In this document: piece after piece, positions 1 to 10,926 of the stretch
How the letters are laid out: every line of letters starts with the position of its first letter
Numbering within the stretch: position 1 is the stretch's first letter
Origin: Thermoproteota archaeon
GTDB taxonomy: Archaea; Korarchaeota; Korarchaeia; Korarchaeales; Korarchaeaceae
Assembly: GCA_015522685.1 (NCBI GenBank)
Contig: WALU01000035.1
Location: 58,035-122,034 of the forward strand
Reading direction: 5' to 3'
DNA length: 64,000 nt
Program-made: the position numbers and the translations under genes
Notes under the pieces: generated by a model
Told to the model about the DNA's origin: nothing
The model's input: the letters and a program-made list of their open reading frames with translations, nothing else
Database searches by the model: none

Positions 1-438
1 AATAAATTTATTGGGAAGTTTTACTACAACTATTGCGTTGTCTTTAGGATCAAAAGCTATCTGAGTGGAGAAGAATGCACCATTAGGCTCCACTATGAGA
101 GCTCCGAACCTGTAACTCCATGCTATTAAAACCTTAGTCCTCGGCGTATACGAAAATGTTAGATTAGAGTAAAAGTAGTAGGAAGTATTCCTTATTAATT
201 TACGATTTTTTATAGATCCAGATACTACTGTTATGTTATAGCTCCTAAACTTAGGAACCAAAACCCACGTGAAGCCAGAGTTGTTAGATTCGAATTCTGT
301 CGTTATACTTATCCAACCACTATCTCTGACGATATATGTATAGGTAAAAAGTCCTTTGCCTTCCATATGAGATGCAGAGACAGGAAAGCTAGGAATGATC
401 AACAAGGTTATCAGGATCAGCAGACCTTTCCATTTCAT
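1..438 (-). CDS. Secreted/surface hypothetical protein; 5' part only, runs off the window
   Basis: Not in the ORF track. Manual translation from ATG 438: MKWKGLLILITLLIIPSFPVSASHMEGKGLFTYTY..., open to base 1; signal peptide followed by beta-rich sequence with N-glycosylation sequons. Confidence 0.8.
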   Translation of the reverse strand, partial: MKWKGLLILITLLIIPSFPVSASHMEGKGLFTYTYIVRDSGWISITTEFESNNSGFTWVLVPKFRSYNITVVSGSIKNRKLIRNTSYYFYSNLTFSYTPRTKVLIAWSYRFGALIVEPNGAFFSTQIAFDPKDNAIVVVKLPNKFI

Positions 439-505
439 TTCACAATACCAGAGACAGAAAGAGGGGATATCTATTTAACTTAACCGGCCCTAAATAGGGG
501 ATTGT

Positions 506-1825
506 ATGGAGATACTAATAAGGGGGCTCAAATATATAGTAACTCAGGATGATCGTAGGAGGATCCTCAGGAACTCAGACATTCTAATTAAGGATGGTAT
601 AATAGAATCTGTAGGAAAAGTTAGCGGTTATACAGACTACGTAATTAATGGAAGTAATTTCGTAGCAATCCCAGGTTTAATTAATACTCATGCTCATGTT
701 CCAATGACCTTGTTTAGGGGAGTAGCTGATGATATGAAGTTATTTCCATGGCTACAGGATAAGATATGGCCTATGGAGGCTAATTTAAAGCCCTATCATA
801 TAAAGGCTGGCACAGAGTTAGGATTATTAGAGACCATAAGAACAGGTACCACAACTCTCTTTGATATGTATTTCTTTGAAGATGCAATAGCTGAAGTATT
901 TACAGAATTTGGTTCTAGAGGAGTGTTAGCTGAAGCAATACTAGATTTTGGGACGCCTGAATGCAAGGATGTGGATAGCTGTTTAAGTATAGCTGACAAT
1001 TTTGTTAAAAAATGGAAGGACCATCCCTTGGTGGAGCCAGGATATGGTCCTCATGCTCCTTACACAGTTTCGCCAGAGAGTCTCAAACGCATCTCAGGGA
1101 AAGCTGCTGATAATAACTCGCTAATACAGATACACTTAGCTGAAACACAGAGAGAGATAAATGAGATTAAGGAAAAAACTGGAAGGAGACCCATAGAGCT
1201 AGCCAAGGAAGTAGGGGTCTTAGGCCCTAAGACTGTAGCAGCGCATGTAGTATGGCCTTCTGAAAGAGAGGTAAAATTGCTTGCTCAAAGTGGAACCCTT
1301 GTGTCCCATAATCCTGTAAGTAATTTGAAATTAGCATCTGGTTTCTCTCCAGTTCCTGATATGATTAATGAAGGTGTAAAGGTGTCATTAGGAACTGATG
1401 GACCTGCGAGCAATAATTTGATGGATCTTATAGAGACTATTAAGGTGACTGCTCTCATTCACAAGACTGTAAAGAAAGACCCTACAGTAATGCCCGCTCA
1501 GCTTGTGTTTGATATGGCAACTAGAATACCTGGAGACTTCTTAAATTGGAATATAGGAAGAATAGAACCAGGATTCGATGCAGATATAGTTCTACTAGAT
1601 GCTGAGCTACCTTGGTGGACCCCGCTTCATTCCGTTATTTCTCACTTAGTTTACTCAGCTAGGAGTACTGACGTGAGGTATGTGCTCATCAAAGGTGATT
1701 TGGTACTGAAAAATGGCAAATTCACCAAGAAAGATGAAACCGAAATCATGAGAAACGCCGAAAAAGCTTCATTAGATTTACTGGAGAAATCAGGTGTGAG
1801 CTCTATGCTTAAGGACATGAGTTAA
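506..1825 (+). CDS. mtaD: Amidohydrolase, MTA/SAH or 5'-deoxyadenosine deaminase family
   Basis: PGLINTHAH, GPHAPY, HLAET, AAH, HNPVSNLKL and LGTDG motifs. Confidence 0.85.
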   Translation: MEILIRGLKYIVTQDDRRRILRNSDILIKDGIIESVGKVSGYTDYVINGSNFVAIPGLINTHAHVPMTLFRGVADDMKLFPWLQDKIWPMEANLKPYHIKAGTELGLLETIRTGTTTLFDMYFFEDAIAEVFTEFGSRGVLAEAILDFGTPECKDVDSCLSIADNFVKKWKDHPLVEPGYGPHAPYTVSPESLKRISGKAADNNSLIQIHLAETQREINEIKEKTGRRPIELAKEVGVLGPKTVAAHVVWPSEREVKLLAQSGTLVSHNPVSNLKLASGFSPVPDMINEGVKVSLGTDGPASNNLMDLIETIKVTALIHKTVKKDPTVMPAQLVFDMATRIPGDFLNWNIGRIEPGFDADIVLLDAELPWWTPLHSVISHLVYSARSTDVRYVLIKGDLVLKNGKFTKKDETEIMRNAEKASLDLLEKSGVSSMLKDMS

Positions 1826-2371
1826 TTGAGCATAGCTTGGTATTGCAATATTACATGCGATATCTAGGCTCTTAACGAAATCTAGAGATTTAGTTCCTTC
1901 TATCTCAACGAATTCGCCTAATTTAGATACTTTATCCAAGGAAATCTTCAAATCTAATCCTTTTACTCTAATGTTGGTTCTACTTTTCTCTACCACATTT
2001 TTCACATTAAATCCTCTCTTCTTTAACTTTGTAAGAAGCTCTTCTTCATTATTTGGACATTTAAACTTAAATCCTATTCTGGAGAGTGCTTCAGTACAGC
2101 TGTTACTTCCTAGCGGCCCTTCTATCTCCTCTCTGACTTTTTCTCCTTCCGATTCCTTTCTAGAGCTTTTATATGTAATTAAGGTATGTCCATTAACTCT
2201 TCTAATCCTTAAAACTCTATCTGAGATGAGTAATTCACATTTATCATTGTCTAAGTAGAGATCTTGCTGATATTCCTCATTTATAGTTTCATAGTCTAAT
2301 CCCTTCATCTTCAGTAGTTCTAAAAAGGTATGATGATCTATTCTAACCTTCACCTCAATTTCTAAGCCCAA
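1790..2371 (-). CDS. CYTH-domain protein (class IV adenylate cyclase / triphosphatase family)
   Basis: EIEVK, LRIR, ITYK, LDKV..LGEFVEIEG. Start moved to TTG 2371 after a GGTGG SD because the longer ORF runs into the tRNA. Confidence 0.85.
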   Translation of the reverse strand: MGLEIEVKVRIDHHTFLELLKMKGLDYETINEEYQQDLYLDNDKCELLISDRVLRIRRVNGHTLITYKSSRKESEGEKVREEIEGPLGSNSCTEALSRIGFKFKCPNNEEELLTKLKKRGFNVKNVVEKSRTNIRVKGLDLKISLDKVSKLGEFVEIEGTKSLDFVKSLDIACNIAIPSYAQLTHVLKHRAHT

Positions 2372-2409
2372 GAGACCCACCTTAAATGGAAAAGGCGGCG
2401 AAGCCCTAA

Positions 2410-2494
2410 TGCGGGGGGTGGGATTTGAACCCACGCACCCCTAAGGGAGCGGATCTTAAGTCCGCCGCCTTTGTCCTGGCTCGGCCACCCCCGC
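2410..2494 (-). tRNA. tRNA-Leu(UAA); no intron, no encoded CCA
   Basis: Cloverleaf GCGGGGG...CCCCCGC-A, anticodon arm GCGGA-CTTAAGA-TCCGC, long variable arm, TTCAAAT T-loop. Confidence 0.97.
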
Positions 2495-2516
2495 TAAATT
2501 ATGTTTAGCGATACGA

Positions 2517-2532
2517 CTTTTTATAATTTTCC
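2517..2532 (-). promoter_or_regulatory. BRE-TATA promoter for tRNA-Leu(UAA)
   Basis: Minus strand GGAAAATTATAAAAAG about 25-30 nt upstream of the tRNA 5' end. Confidence 0.55.
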
Positions 2533-2556
2533 AACCCTTAAATAAGGGGTGCTTAA

Positions 2557-2907
2557 GTGAGCCAGCAGGTAAGGGTAGCTAGCTCTCCAATAGCAGTTAC
2601 TGACGATGAAGTATTAGCTCTCGGTTTTGAGATGATAGGGATACCAGCTAGGGTAATAAAGGGAAGGAGGAATTTACTTAGGTTCTTTAGGGATCACGAG
2701 GCTGAGCTACCTCATGTAGTATTTATGAATGAGAGAGTTGCCGATGAGATAGCTGATTACAGACATAATCTCCTTAGAAGAAAGAAGATTTATCCAGTAT
2801 TTGCAATAGTGCCAGATATGGAAGGAGCTAGAGGAACTAGGTTAAAGGAGTTGGCATCCTTGCTTGCGAAGGTCCTCGGTAGTGAAGAATTGAAGTTTCT
2901 TGGGTGA
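2557..2907 (+). CDS. atpF: A/V-type ATP synthase subunit F
   Basis: IAV..DE.LALGF.MIGI and P....IVPD patterns; first gene of the ATPase cluster. Confidence 0.8.
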   Translation: MSQQVRVASSPIAVTDDEVLALGFEMIGIPARVIKGRRNLLRFFRDHEAELPHVVFMNERVADEIADYRHNLLRRKKIYPVFAIVPDMEGARGTRLKELASLLAKVLGSEELKFLG

Positions 2908-2911
2908 GGTA

Positions 2912-3232
2912 ATGCCCAAATTAGTTGAGGCCATTATGGAAGCTGAGAATGAGGCTACTAAAATAACCCTGGAAGCTGAGGAGGAAGCTAAGAGAATAAT
3001 TGAGGAAGCTGAGGAGGAAGCTAAGAGAATAATTGAGGAAGCTAAAAATTCTCCTGTAGAAGCGAAGCTTCCTAAGAACATAGATAGGGAGGCTCAGGAG
3101 ATAGTAGAAAGAGCGAAGATGAAAGTGGAGGAATTAAGGGAGAACGCGATGAAGAAAATGAATTTTCTTGCCAACGAAATAGTTAGAGAGGTGTTGGAAG
3201 GTGAGTGGGGAGGAAGTAGTCGACATAGATAA
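2912..3232 (+). CDS. atpH: A/V-type ATP synthase peripheral stalk subunit H (G)
   Basis: Charged coiled coil with EAEEEAKRIIEEA repeats, between subunits F and E. Confidence 0.75.
   Translation: MPKLVEAIMEAENEATKITLEAEEEAKRIIEEAEEEAKRIIEEAKNSPVEAKLPKNIDREAQEIVERAKMKVEELRENAMKKMNFLANEIVREVLEGEWGGSSRHR
2971..3043 (+). repeat. Perfect 33-bp tandem duplication (2.2 copies) inside atpH
   Basis: ggaagctgaggaggaagctaagagaataattga at 2971-3003 and 3004-3036, then ggaagct. Confidence 0.95.
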
Positions 3233-3842
3233 GAATTCTGAGACGATCGTTAGGGCCATTTTAAAAATGGCGGAGGATAGAGCTCGTGCTATTAGAAAGG
3301 AAGCAGAGGAGAGAGCTAATGAGATAATAGGATCAGCAAAGGAAGAGGCAGATATAATCATAAAGGCAAAAAGAGAACGAATTGAAAGGGAGCTAAGGGA
3401 AGAGGTAGCGAGGAAAAGAAGCGCTGCCGAGGTAGAAGCAAACCAACTTATACTAAGAATGAAAACAGAGCTATTAAATGAGTTATTTAGGAGAGTCAAC
3501 CAAAAGCTAGCAGCCATATCTGAAGGTCAAGATCTCAACTGGGAATATAAAGAACTCCTAGCTAAATACTCCCTTGAAGGAGCTAAAGCTCTTGAGGAGA
3601 AGAGAGTATACCTAATGGGTAGAGAGAATGATAAGAAATTGCTAGAGAGCATCTCTAAAGAGCTTGGCAAAAGAGATATAGAAGCTTTAGTAAATGATAA
3701 GACAATACCAATAATAGGTGGTGTCGTTGTCAGGGACGAAAGAGACATGAGAAGATATTATAACACGTTCGATGGGAGATTCGGAGCATATAAGGAGGCC
3801 AAGGAGATAGAGATCATCCAAAGATTATTTGGGGAGGCGTAA
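3201..3842 (+). CDS. atpE: A/V-type ATP synthase subunit E
   Basis: N-terminal coiled coil, C-terminal IIGGVVV...YNTFDGR. Confidence 0.88.
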   Translation: MSGEEVVDIDKNSETIVRAILKMAEDRARAIRKEAEERANEIIGSAKEEADIIIKAKRERIERELREEVARKRSAAEVEANQLILRMKTELLNELFRRVNQKLAAISEGQDLNWEYKELLAKYSLEGAKALEEKRVYLMGRENDKKLLESISKELGKRDIEALVNDKTIPIIGGVVVRDERDMRRYYNTFDGRFGAYKEAKEIEIIQRLFGEA

Positions 3843-3844
3843 TT

Positions 3845-5629
3845 TTGTCCGAGCTTATTTATGAGAAGGGAGTTATTGTCCATATAAAAGGTCCTGTTGT
3901 AGAAGCGGATGAGATGAGAGGGGCTAGAATCAGAGAAGTTGTATATGTGGGAGAGGAGAAGCTTATAGGAGAGATTGTTAGGATCAAAGGGGATAGAGCA
4001 ATTATACAAGTTTATGAGCCTACTGGAGGAGTAAAGGCCGGGGAATATGTTGAGAGAACAGGCGAACCCTTATCTGCTGAATTAGGTCCTGGATTGTTAG
4101 GTTTAGTTCTCGATGGTCTAGGTAGACCGCTGGAGGTAGTTGCAGAGAAGGCAGGAGGCCCTTTTATAATTAGGGGTATAAAGGTACCTACCCTTCCAAG
4201 AGATAAGAGATGGCATTGGAGTCCAACAGTAAGGGTAGGAGATGGAGTTATAGCAGGAGATGTTCTAGGAGTAGTTCCAGAAGGATCTATAACTCATAAG
4301 GTAATGTTACCACCCAAGATAGAGAAGGCTCGGGTCTTGGAAGTACAACCCGAAGGAGATTATACTATAGAGGAACCCATAGCAGTAGTGGAGCATATAG
4401 GAGAAAAAAAAGAAGTGAAGATGTATCATAAATGGCCCGTCAGGAATCCAAGACCTTTTAGAGAGAAGCTAGCTCCCGTTGAACTTTTAGTTACAGGTCA
4501 GAGAGTCATAGATACATTCTTCCCGATAGTAAAGGGTGGGGCTTCGGCAGTACCTGGAGGATTTGGTACAGGAAAGACCGTTGCACTCTATCAAATCTCC
4601 AAGTGGGCAGATGCCGATGTCGTTGTTTACGTCGGATGCGGCGAGAGAGGCAATGAGATAACTTATTTGCTTCATACATTCCCCGAGCTCATTGATCCCA
4701 AGAGCGGCAGGCCTCTCTTAGAGAGGAGCATTCTGATAGCTAATACTAGCAACATGCCAGTACCAGCAAGGGAGGCAAGTATCTTCATGGGGATAACTTA
4801 CGCCGAGTATTATAGAGATATGGGACTCAACGTTGTACTTACTGCCGATTCCACCTCGAGATGGGCTGAGGCACTAAGGGAGCTTAGCTCTAGGCTTGAA
4901 GAAATTCCTTCTGAAAGAGGATATCCCGCATATCTTCCAGATTACATAGCGTCCTTCTATGAGAGAGCCGGTAGGGTAAAGGTGATGGGAAACAGGGATG
5001 AGCTAGGATCTGTAGCCGTGATAGGAGCAGTAAGTCCCTCTGGTGGAGACCTAAATGAGCCAGTTACTCAGCATACAATGAGATTCGTCGGTGCTTTCTG
5101 GGCGTTGGATAAAGAACTCGCATTTAAGAGGCATTTTCCATCTATAAATTGGCTGAGAAGTTTCTCGAAGTATGCTGGAGGATTAAAGGAGTGGTGGATA
5201 AAGAACTCAGGATATGACATGATGTCCTATAGAGATAAGGCCATAGCCTTACTTCAGAGATCATCTAGTTTAGAGGAAGTTGCTAGAGTTGTTGGAGAGG
5301 CAGCTCTTTCCGATGAGAATAGATTGATTCTCTTATCTGCAGAACTGATAAAGGAGAGTTTCCTAGTACAAAATGCCTATCACGATATTGACTCTTACTG
5401 CTCACCAGAGAAGCAAGCTCTTCTATTAAGAACTTTATTGGAGTTCTATGATAGAGCCAAGCCCATGATTGATGCTGGAGTACCTATGTCGGAGATTTCT
5501 GAGATGAAATCTTTAGGTGATCTAAGGAGATTAAAGTTCGTCCCAGAGGAAAAGTTCAAGGATACAGCAAAGGAGGTTATATCCCAGTTAGAGACCGAAA
5601 TATCCTCCTTAATTGCTAAGGTGGGGTAA
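3845..5629 (+). CDS. atpA: A/V-type ATP synthase catalytic subunit A
   Basis: Walker [38 protein letters not shown]; no intein. Confidence 0.97.
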   Translation: MSELIYEKGVIVHIKGPVVEADEMRGARIREVVYVGEEKLIGEIVRIKGDRAIIQVYEPTGGVKAGEYVERTGEPLSAELGPGLLGLVLDGLGRPLEVVAEKAGGPFIIRGIKVPTLPRDKRWHWSPTVRVGDGVIAGDVLGVVPEGSITHKVMLPPKIEKARVLEVQPEGDYTIEEPIAVVEHIGEKKEVKMYHKWPVRNPRPFREKLAPVELLVTGQRVIDTFFPIVKGGASAVPGGFGTGKTVALYQISKWADADVVVYVGCGERGNEITYLLHTFPELIDPKSGRPLLERSILIANTSNMPVPAREASIFMGITYAEYYRDMGLNVVLTADSTSRWAEALRELSSRLEEIPSERGYPAYLPDYIASFYERAGRVKVMGNRDELGSVAVIGAVSPSGGDLNEPVTQHTMRFVGAFWALDKELAFKRHFPSINWLRSFSKYAGGLKEWWIKNSGYDMMSYRDKAIALLQRSSSLEEVARVVGEAALSDENRLILLSAELIKESFLVQNAYHDIDSYCSPEKQALLLRTLLEFYDRAKPMIDAGVPMSEISEMKSLGDLRRLKFVPEEKFKDTAKEVISQLETEISSLIAKVG

Positions 5630-5630
5630 T

Positions 5631-7037
5631 ATGTCTATATATGGTCTCGTTTATAAGGATGTTGATCAAGTTAAAGGCCCTTTGGTCATAATGAGGGGCG
5701 TTCCAGGGGTAGCTTACGAGGAAGCGGTTAGGATATACTCTGAAAGTGGAAGGGAATGGTTTGGGCGAGTGCTTGAGGCTGGAAGGGATAAGATAGTTAT
5801 ACAAGTACTTGGAGATACCGAGGGTTTAGACTCCAATGCTATGGTGAAGTTCACAGGTTCTACTTTGAAAATGCCTGTATCCGATGAGATGTTGGGTAGG
5901 GTTTTCAACGGAGCTGGCGAACCCATTGATGGAGGCCCTAGGATAAGAGCTGATGATTACAGAGACATTAATGGAGCTCCAATAAATCCTGCTAAGAGGG
6001 ACTATCCTGATGAGTTTATAGAGACAGGTCTTTCTTCCATAGATGGAATGCTCAGCCTAATTAGAGGACAGAAGTTACCTATATTCTCGGAATCTGGTCT
6101 ACCTCACAACGAAGTTGCTGCTCAAATTGCTAGACAGGTAGTAGTGCCAGGTAAAGCAGAGAGATTTTCTATAGTCTTTGCAGCTATTGGTTTGAAGTAT
6201 GATGATGTCTTGTTCTTTAGAAGGCAGTTTGAGGAGTTCGGAGCACTTAGCAGATCTGTATTGTTCTTGAATTTAGCAGATGACCCTGTAATAGAAAGAA
6301 TTACTACTCCAAGAGTTGCTTTAACTGCAGCGGAGTACTTAGCTTTCGATTTAGGTATGGATGTCTTAGTTATAATAACCGATATGACCAACTACTGCGA
6401 GGCATTAAGGGAGCTTAGTTCTGCTAGGGAAGAGGTTCCAAGTAGAAAAGGATACCCAGGGTATATGTATAGCGATTTAGCAAGTATTTATGAGAGAGCT
6501 GGTAGAATCATAGGTAGGCCTGGATCAATAACATTCATGCCCATATTAACCATGCCTGGGGGAGACCTAACACATCCAATTCCAGACTTAACTGGCTATA
6601 TCACGGAAGGGCAAATCTTCTTGGATCTAGATCTATACAATAGAGGTATATATCCACCCATAAATGTGTTACCCAGCCTCAGTAGGTTGATGAAGGACGG
6701 TATAGGTCAAGGTAAGACGAGAGAAGACCATAAAGAAGTATCTGATCAGTTATATGCTGCATATAGCCAAGGTACGAAAGCTAGAGAGCTGGTACAGATA
6801 GTAGGGGAAGCTGGATTGAGCCCGAGGGAGAAGCTTTACCTTAAATTTGCTAGGAGATTTGAGAATGAATTTGTAGCTCAAGGGTTCAGAGAGAGAAGAA
6901 GCATAGAGGAAACTTTAGATATAGCTTGGAATATACTGTCCATCCTACCCGAGTCGGAATTCACGAGGATAAGTGAGAAAACGCTGGATAAGTATCATCC
7001 CAAGAAGAGAGCTGAAGCTAAGATAAAGGGTGAGTAA
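5631..7037 (+). CDS. atpB: A/V-type ATP synthase subunit B
   Basis: [40 protein letters not shown]. Confidence 0.97.
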   Translation: MSIYGLVYKDVDQVKGPLVIMRGVPGVAYEEAVRIYSESGREWFGRVLEAGRDKIVIQVLGDTEGLDSNAMVKFTGSTLKMPVSDEMLGRVFNGAGEPIDGGPRIRADDYRDINGAPINPAKRDYPDEFIETGLSSIDGMLSLIRGQKLPIFSESGLPHNEVAAQIARQVVVPGKAERFSIVFAAIGLKYDDVLFFRRQFEEFGALSRSVLFLNLADDPVIERITTPRVALTAAEYLAFDLGMDVLVIITDMTNYCEALRELSSAREEVPSRKGYPGYMYSDLASIYERAGRIIGRPGSITFMPILTMPGGDLTHPIPDLTGYITEGQIFLDLDLYNRGIYPPINVLPSLSRLMKDGIGQGKTREDHKEVSDQLYAAYSQGTKARELVQIVGEAGLSPREKLYLKFARRFENEFVAQGFRERRSIEETLDIAWNILSILPESEFTRISEKTLDKYHPKKRAEAKIKGE

Positions 7038-7656
7038 GGTGAGCTTCCGTTCAGTAGGGAGGATCCTCCCCACTAAAGGTTTTTTGATAAGATTAAGAGA
7101 AAGGACCCATTTATTGAGATCAGGAGTAGATGCTCTTAAGATGAAGAGAGATCAGTTAATTAAAGAAAGCCAGAGCCTCCTCTCAGACCTCAAGAAAAGA
7201 TCCGGTACTGAAAAGAAGTTGGAGAAGGCATATAGAATGCTTAGACTAGCATACGCTGCGGCTGGCCCGGATGAAATGAGAAAGTCCTCTCTTTTAACAA
7301 TGCCTCTATTAACAGAGATAAAAGTTAGGAGTATTATTGGCGTGGAGATCCCAGAGATATCGACAAGGGAATTCGAATTAGCGACTTCTCCTTCGCTTAA
7401 CGCTGTTGTTATAGCAGCGGCTAGGAAGTTCTCTGAGGCTATAAAGGAGATTATGCCTCTTATTAACTCTGAGGCTAAATTTGAGAGAATAGCTGAAGCC
7501 TTGGCAGATACCATAAGAAAGGTAAATGCACTAGAAAAGATAATAGTCCCTGATCATGAGGCTGCTATTAAGTACATAGAGGAAGCATTAGAGGAAGACA
7601 CCCTTGAGGAGTTCCTTAGAGTGAAGGAGTATAGGCAGATAAAGGAAGGAGAGTGA
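7030..7656 (+). CDS. atpD: A/V-type ATP synthase subunit D
   Basis: PTK..L...LKMKRD and [13 protein letters not shown]. Confidence 0.92.
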   Translation: MSKVSFRSVGRILPTKGFLIRLRERTHLLRSGVDALKMKRDQLIKESQSLLSDLKKRSGTEKKLEKAYRMLRLAYAAAGPDEMRKSSLLTMPLLTEIKVRSIIGVEIPEISTREFELATSPSLNAVVIAAARKFSEAIKEIMPLINSEAKFERIAEALADTIRKVNALEKIIVPDHEAAIKYIEEALEEDTLEEFLRVKEYRQIKEGE

Positions 7657-8702
7657 AGGTAGTGTTAAAAGACCCAAAAGAGAAGTACCTAGTAGTTAGG
7701 ACCCATGGGCTTGCCTCTCATTTGATAGATCCCAATGAGATAAGATCTTGGGCCTTTATAGAGAATGAAAAGACTCTTTTTGACAAACTATCCCCCACAG
7801 AGTATGCAGGTTTCTTTGAAGGACCAGAAGACCTTCTAGATGTTATGAAGATAGAAGAGGCCTCTATAGGAGTTAATTCGATAAGAGCAAGGCGGATTAT
7901 ATCTTTGCTTAGAGGAACCAGGGTAGAGAATCTAGTATTGACCTTCATGAGTAAGTATGATCTAGAGAATTTAAGAAGGATAATTTTTTTGTTACTCTAT
8001 GGGAGAAAGGAAAAATTAAGGCTCTTACCAATTAGATTTGGTACTTTGGATATTGATAGGCTATCTAAAGTTCAAAATTTCGAGAATCTCGTAGACATGA
8101 TAGATAATAGAAAAGTGAGAGATTTAATCTCTTCATGGCTATCTAGTGAGAGAGAAGCTGCAGAACTTGATCTACTGGTTGATAGATATTACTTAGATAA
8201 AATGTTCGGGCATTTAAAGGAATTAAAAGTAGGGAAGCAATCTCCAATATACCAGCTGGTTTGTTCATATGCCGAGAACTATTTTCTTAGAATAATGCTG
8301 AAGTCAAAGTATCTTAGGATAGATAAGAGCATAATCTCTAGGGCATTTACTAGGCTTCCCTTTAGAAGAATTATGTTCATATATGAAAAGACGGAGGATT
8401 TAAACGATTTTCTAGATGAGCTTGTGAATTTATCTCCCTATAGACTGGTTTCTATCGAGATAAAAAATGCTATAAAGGATGTAGGTGAGCCTTGGGTTAT
8501 AGAGCATGCTATAGAGAAGAAAACTTACTCAGATGCCCTCAGGATATCACTTAGAGGATCTATGACCATTGCATACGTACTAATGTATTTAATAGCATCT
8601 GAGTGGGAATCTCAAAGTATAAAGACCGTATTATTAGGCAGGATGAGCGGTGTAAATCCTGAAGTATTATATGATTTGCTTTCTCCTCCCTCTCCTTCTT
8701 AA
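7653..8702 (+). CDS. atpC: A/V-type ATP synthase subunit C (d)
   Basis: Y.VVR.HG....L, KYDLENL, DRYY, E....K.VL.G; typical size and position. Confidence 0.8.
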   Translation: MKVVLKDPKEKYLVVRTHGLASHLIDPNEIRSWAFIENEKTLFDKLSPTEYAGFFEGPEDLLDVMKIEEASIGVNSIRARRIISLLRGTRVENLVLTFMSKYDLENLRRIIFLLLYGRKEKLRLLPIRFGTLDIDRLSKVQNFENLVDMIDNRKVRDLISSWLSSEREAAELDLLVDRYYLDKMFGHLKELKVGKQSPIYQLVCSYAENYFLRIMLKSKYLRIDKSIISRAFTRLPFRRIMFIYEKTEDLNDFLDELVNLSPYRLVSIEIKNAIKDVGEPWVIEHAIEKKTYSDALRISLRGSMTIAYVLMYLIASEWESQSIKTVLLGRMSGVNPEVLYDLLSPPSPS

Positions 8703-8822
8703 TATAACCTATATTTTATCTCTTTATATTCCTGCTATTCACTTCTTTTTCTTACCAGCAGTAATAAGTTATTAAATGCGAGATTTTACCTAAAATAGAG
8801 GAATAAGGAGAATTCTTCTCCT

Positions 8823-9146
8823 TTATATTATCAGGAATGCCACCAGCAGTCCATATACTGCAACTCCCTCAGCAAGACCTCCTAATATGAGGACCTGTGT
8901 GAATGCATTCGGATTTTCAGCTAACAGCGCACTTCCACCAATGGCAACTCCATATAGTCCTATCCCAGCTCCTATAGTGCTGCCCAATACTGCGAGAGCA
9001 GCTCCAACATACCTAAGCCCCCCTCCTGCCGGCACAGCATTTCCCGATGATGCAGCAGACACAGTCATTATAGATAGAGGAAGTAGCAATAGAGGAAGAC
9101 CTAGAATTAGGTAGGTGAGCAATTTCTTAGTCCTCAGGCTCATCAT
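8823..9146 (-). CDS. atpK: A/V-type ATP synthase proteolipid subunit K (c), one hairpin plus N-terminal signal sequence
   Basis: GAALA...IGAGIG and LAEGVAVYG (conserved Glu). No Q...E-T/S Na+ signature, so probably H+-coupled. Confidence 0.92.
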   Translation of the reverse strand: MMSLRTKKLLTYLILGLPLLLLPLSIMTVSAASSGNAVPAGGGLRYVGAALAVLGSTIGAGIGLYGVAIGGSALLAENPNAFTQVLILGGLAEGVAVYGLLVAFLII

Positions 9147-9224
9147 ACAACCACCCATGATATTCCAAGAATATCTTAGAGACCTTTAGTTAGTAGAATA
9201 AGATTAATAAAAAGTTGCCATTCT

Positions 9225-10856
9225 TCAAGAGAAGGTAGGCCCTAGAAGCTCAGATACTCTCTTGAACGGCCTACCTGATGCCCTATAGAATTTCGTGAAG
9301 AACTCATAGAATGTTAGCCTAGTGGCTTGAATGAATGAAAGTAACCCTTCTAGTCCCATGACAGCTATATTTATGAATATGAAAGATCCTAGAGCTATAG
9401 GAGATAGGAGAAAGCTTATGTTACTCAGATTAAATATCTCTTGACCAGCTATTAGCTGAGCTGCGAGTACTCCAAATACCTCATGTATAACAGCAAATGC
9501 AGCAAGCCTTACATAGGAAAGAGAATTGCTGAGTAAAGCCAGTGTACCCTCCAAAGCTACCGCTATAAGTTCTGACATACCTTCTCCGATGCCATGCCCC
9601 TCCTTTACAGATTTGTATATGGGGGAGACCATTGTTATCAGGAGGAATATTCCCATTGAGAGGAACAGCGGATCTTTTGCGATGAGGTTTAGTTGAGCTC
9701 TATCCCAAGTTACTGCAAGTACAGCACCAAAGTACATTATGACTGTAAATAATCCTTTATACTCAAAGATTGCTGCAAACAAGTCTCCTTCGATGAACTT
9801 ATTTATTGTATTTACAATGAAGCCCACTTCCATTTCTAGAGCGCCAAAGAGGAGTGAAATTACTATAAGCTGTACTATATTATATAAGGGGCTTATTATA
9901 GGCTTTAACACTTCAATGAAGAAGAACATACCATATAAGTACCCAAAGAACATCGATGCAATTCCAGAATAGATTAACAATCCACCTAGATCCTTCATAC
10001 TTCCTCTAAATTTCTTATAGAGGTAAACTCCCAATAGAAGCGTTGATAGACCATGTCCCATGTCACCAAACATCATACCAAACATTAAGGGGAAGAATAT
10101 TGCTGTGAGAATTGTAGGATCTAGTTCGAATATCGATGGAATCCCGTACAGTTTATGTGTTAACAGAGTTACCGGTTTTATTACATTAGGCATTTTAGTC
10201 TTAGAAGGAGCTTTACTCCCCTCTCCAGCTTCTTCAAATTCTATAGCAGTATATTTCCCAAGGTTATCTCTCAAAGCTTTATCTAGATCTCCTCTCTTCT
10301 TTTGAGGGACCCATCCGGATATTACAGCTGCTTCCTTTCCTACGTAGGTCATAGTTTTAATTTTCTGAGCTAATGCCTTTGGTTTTAGCTTTAATGCCAA
10401 TAATATGAGGGCATGCATCTTCTCTTTTATGCTACTAAGAGATCTTTCCAGCTCATCTTTTAATCTCAGAAATTCTTCTTTCTTGCTCAAACCTTTTAAC
10501 TTCTCTATTTCTCTTTCAATGGAGAGATATCTCCCTATAAGATCATCTAGTTCTAATATCAGCTTTTTATAATTTTCATTTAGCGATATCCCTCCTGATT
10601 GCGATTTTACCAACATCTCTTCCATAGAGATTCCTGTTAGAGAACTTGCCCTCTCTAAGGCTCTTACAATATCTTTATATGCCTCTAGCTCAGGTGTCTC
10701 AATTCCCTCAGGAGGTTTAACGCCAGGTAGTCCTTCAGGTGGTTCTAGATGTATATCATCAAACTCTATTAGAGCTTTAGCCATGCTGTCTGTATATGGT
10801 TTAATCGTGTAAGCATAAAACCGGGCTACCTTCTCAGGTTTAAGCATATAGGTCAC
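9225..10856 (-). CDS. atpI: A/V-type ATP synthase subunit I (a)
   Basis: GWVP, YG.P...ELDPT, FGMMFGDMGHG, SNSLSYVRL (essential Arg), RL.FYEFFTKFY. Confidence 0.95.
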   Translation of the reverse strand: MTYMLKPEKVARFYAYTIKPYTDSMAKALIEFDDIHLEPPEGLPGVKPPEGIETPELEAYKDIVRALERASSLTGISMEEMLVKSQSGGISLNENYKKLILELDDLIGRYLSIEREIEKLKGLSKKEEFLRLKDELERSLSSIKEKMHALILLALKLKPKALAQKIKTMTYVGKEAAVISGWVPQKKRGDLDKALRDNLGKYTAIEFEEAGEGSKAPSKTKMPNVIKPVTLLTHKLYGIPSIFELDPTILTAIFFPLMFGMMFGDMGHGLSTLLLGVYLYKKFRGSMKDLGGLLIYSGIASMFFGYLYGMFFFIEVLKPIISPLYNIVQLIVISLLFGALEMEVGFIVNTINKFIEGDLFAAIFEYKGLFTVIMYFGAVLAVTWDRAQLNLIAKDPLFLSMGIFLLITMVSPIYKSVKEGHGIGEGMSELIAVALEGTLALLSNSLSYVRLAAFAVIHEVFGVLAAQLIAGQEIFNLSNISFLLSPIALGSFIFINIAVMGLEGLLSFIQATRLTFYEFFTKFYRASGRPFKRVSELLGPTFS

Positions 10857-10926
10857 CTTTTTGATGTTCGTTATATTTACCTCGGTTTATTAAAAATGAT
10901 TGCAGTCATTGATAAGCGAAAGTATC

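Noticed and set aside
506-1825. Amidohydrolase as the putative tRNA C-to-U editing enzyme
   Set aside because: It is a TIM-barrel nucleoside deaminase type, not a CDA-fold tRNA deaminase, and has no RNA-binding domain.
2372-2434. N-terminal extension of the CYTH ORF (MGSNPTPR...)
   Set aside because: It starts inside tRNA-Leu(UAA); the SD and family motif favour TTG 2371.
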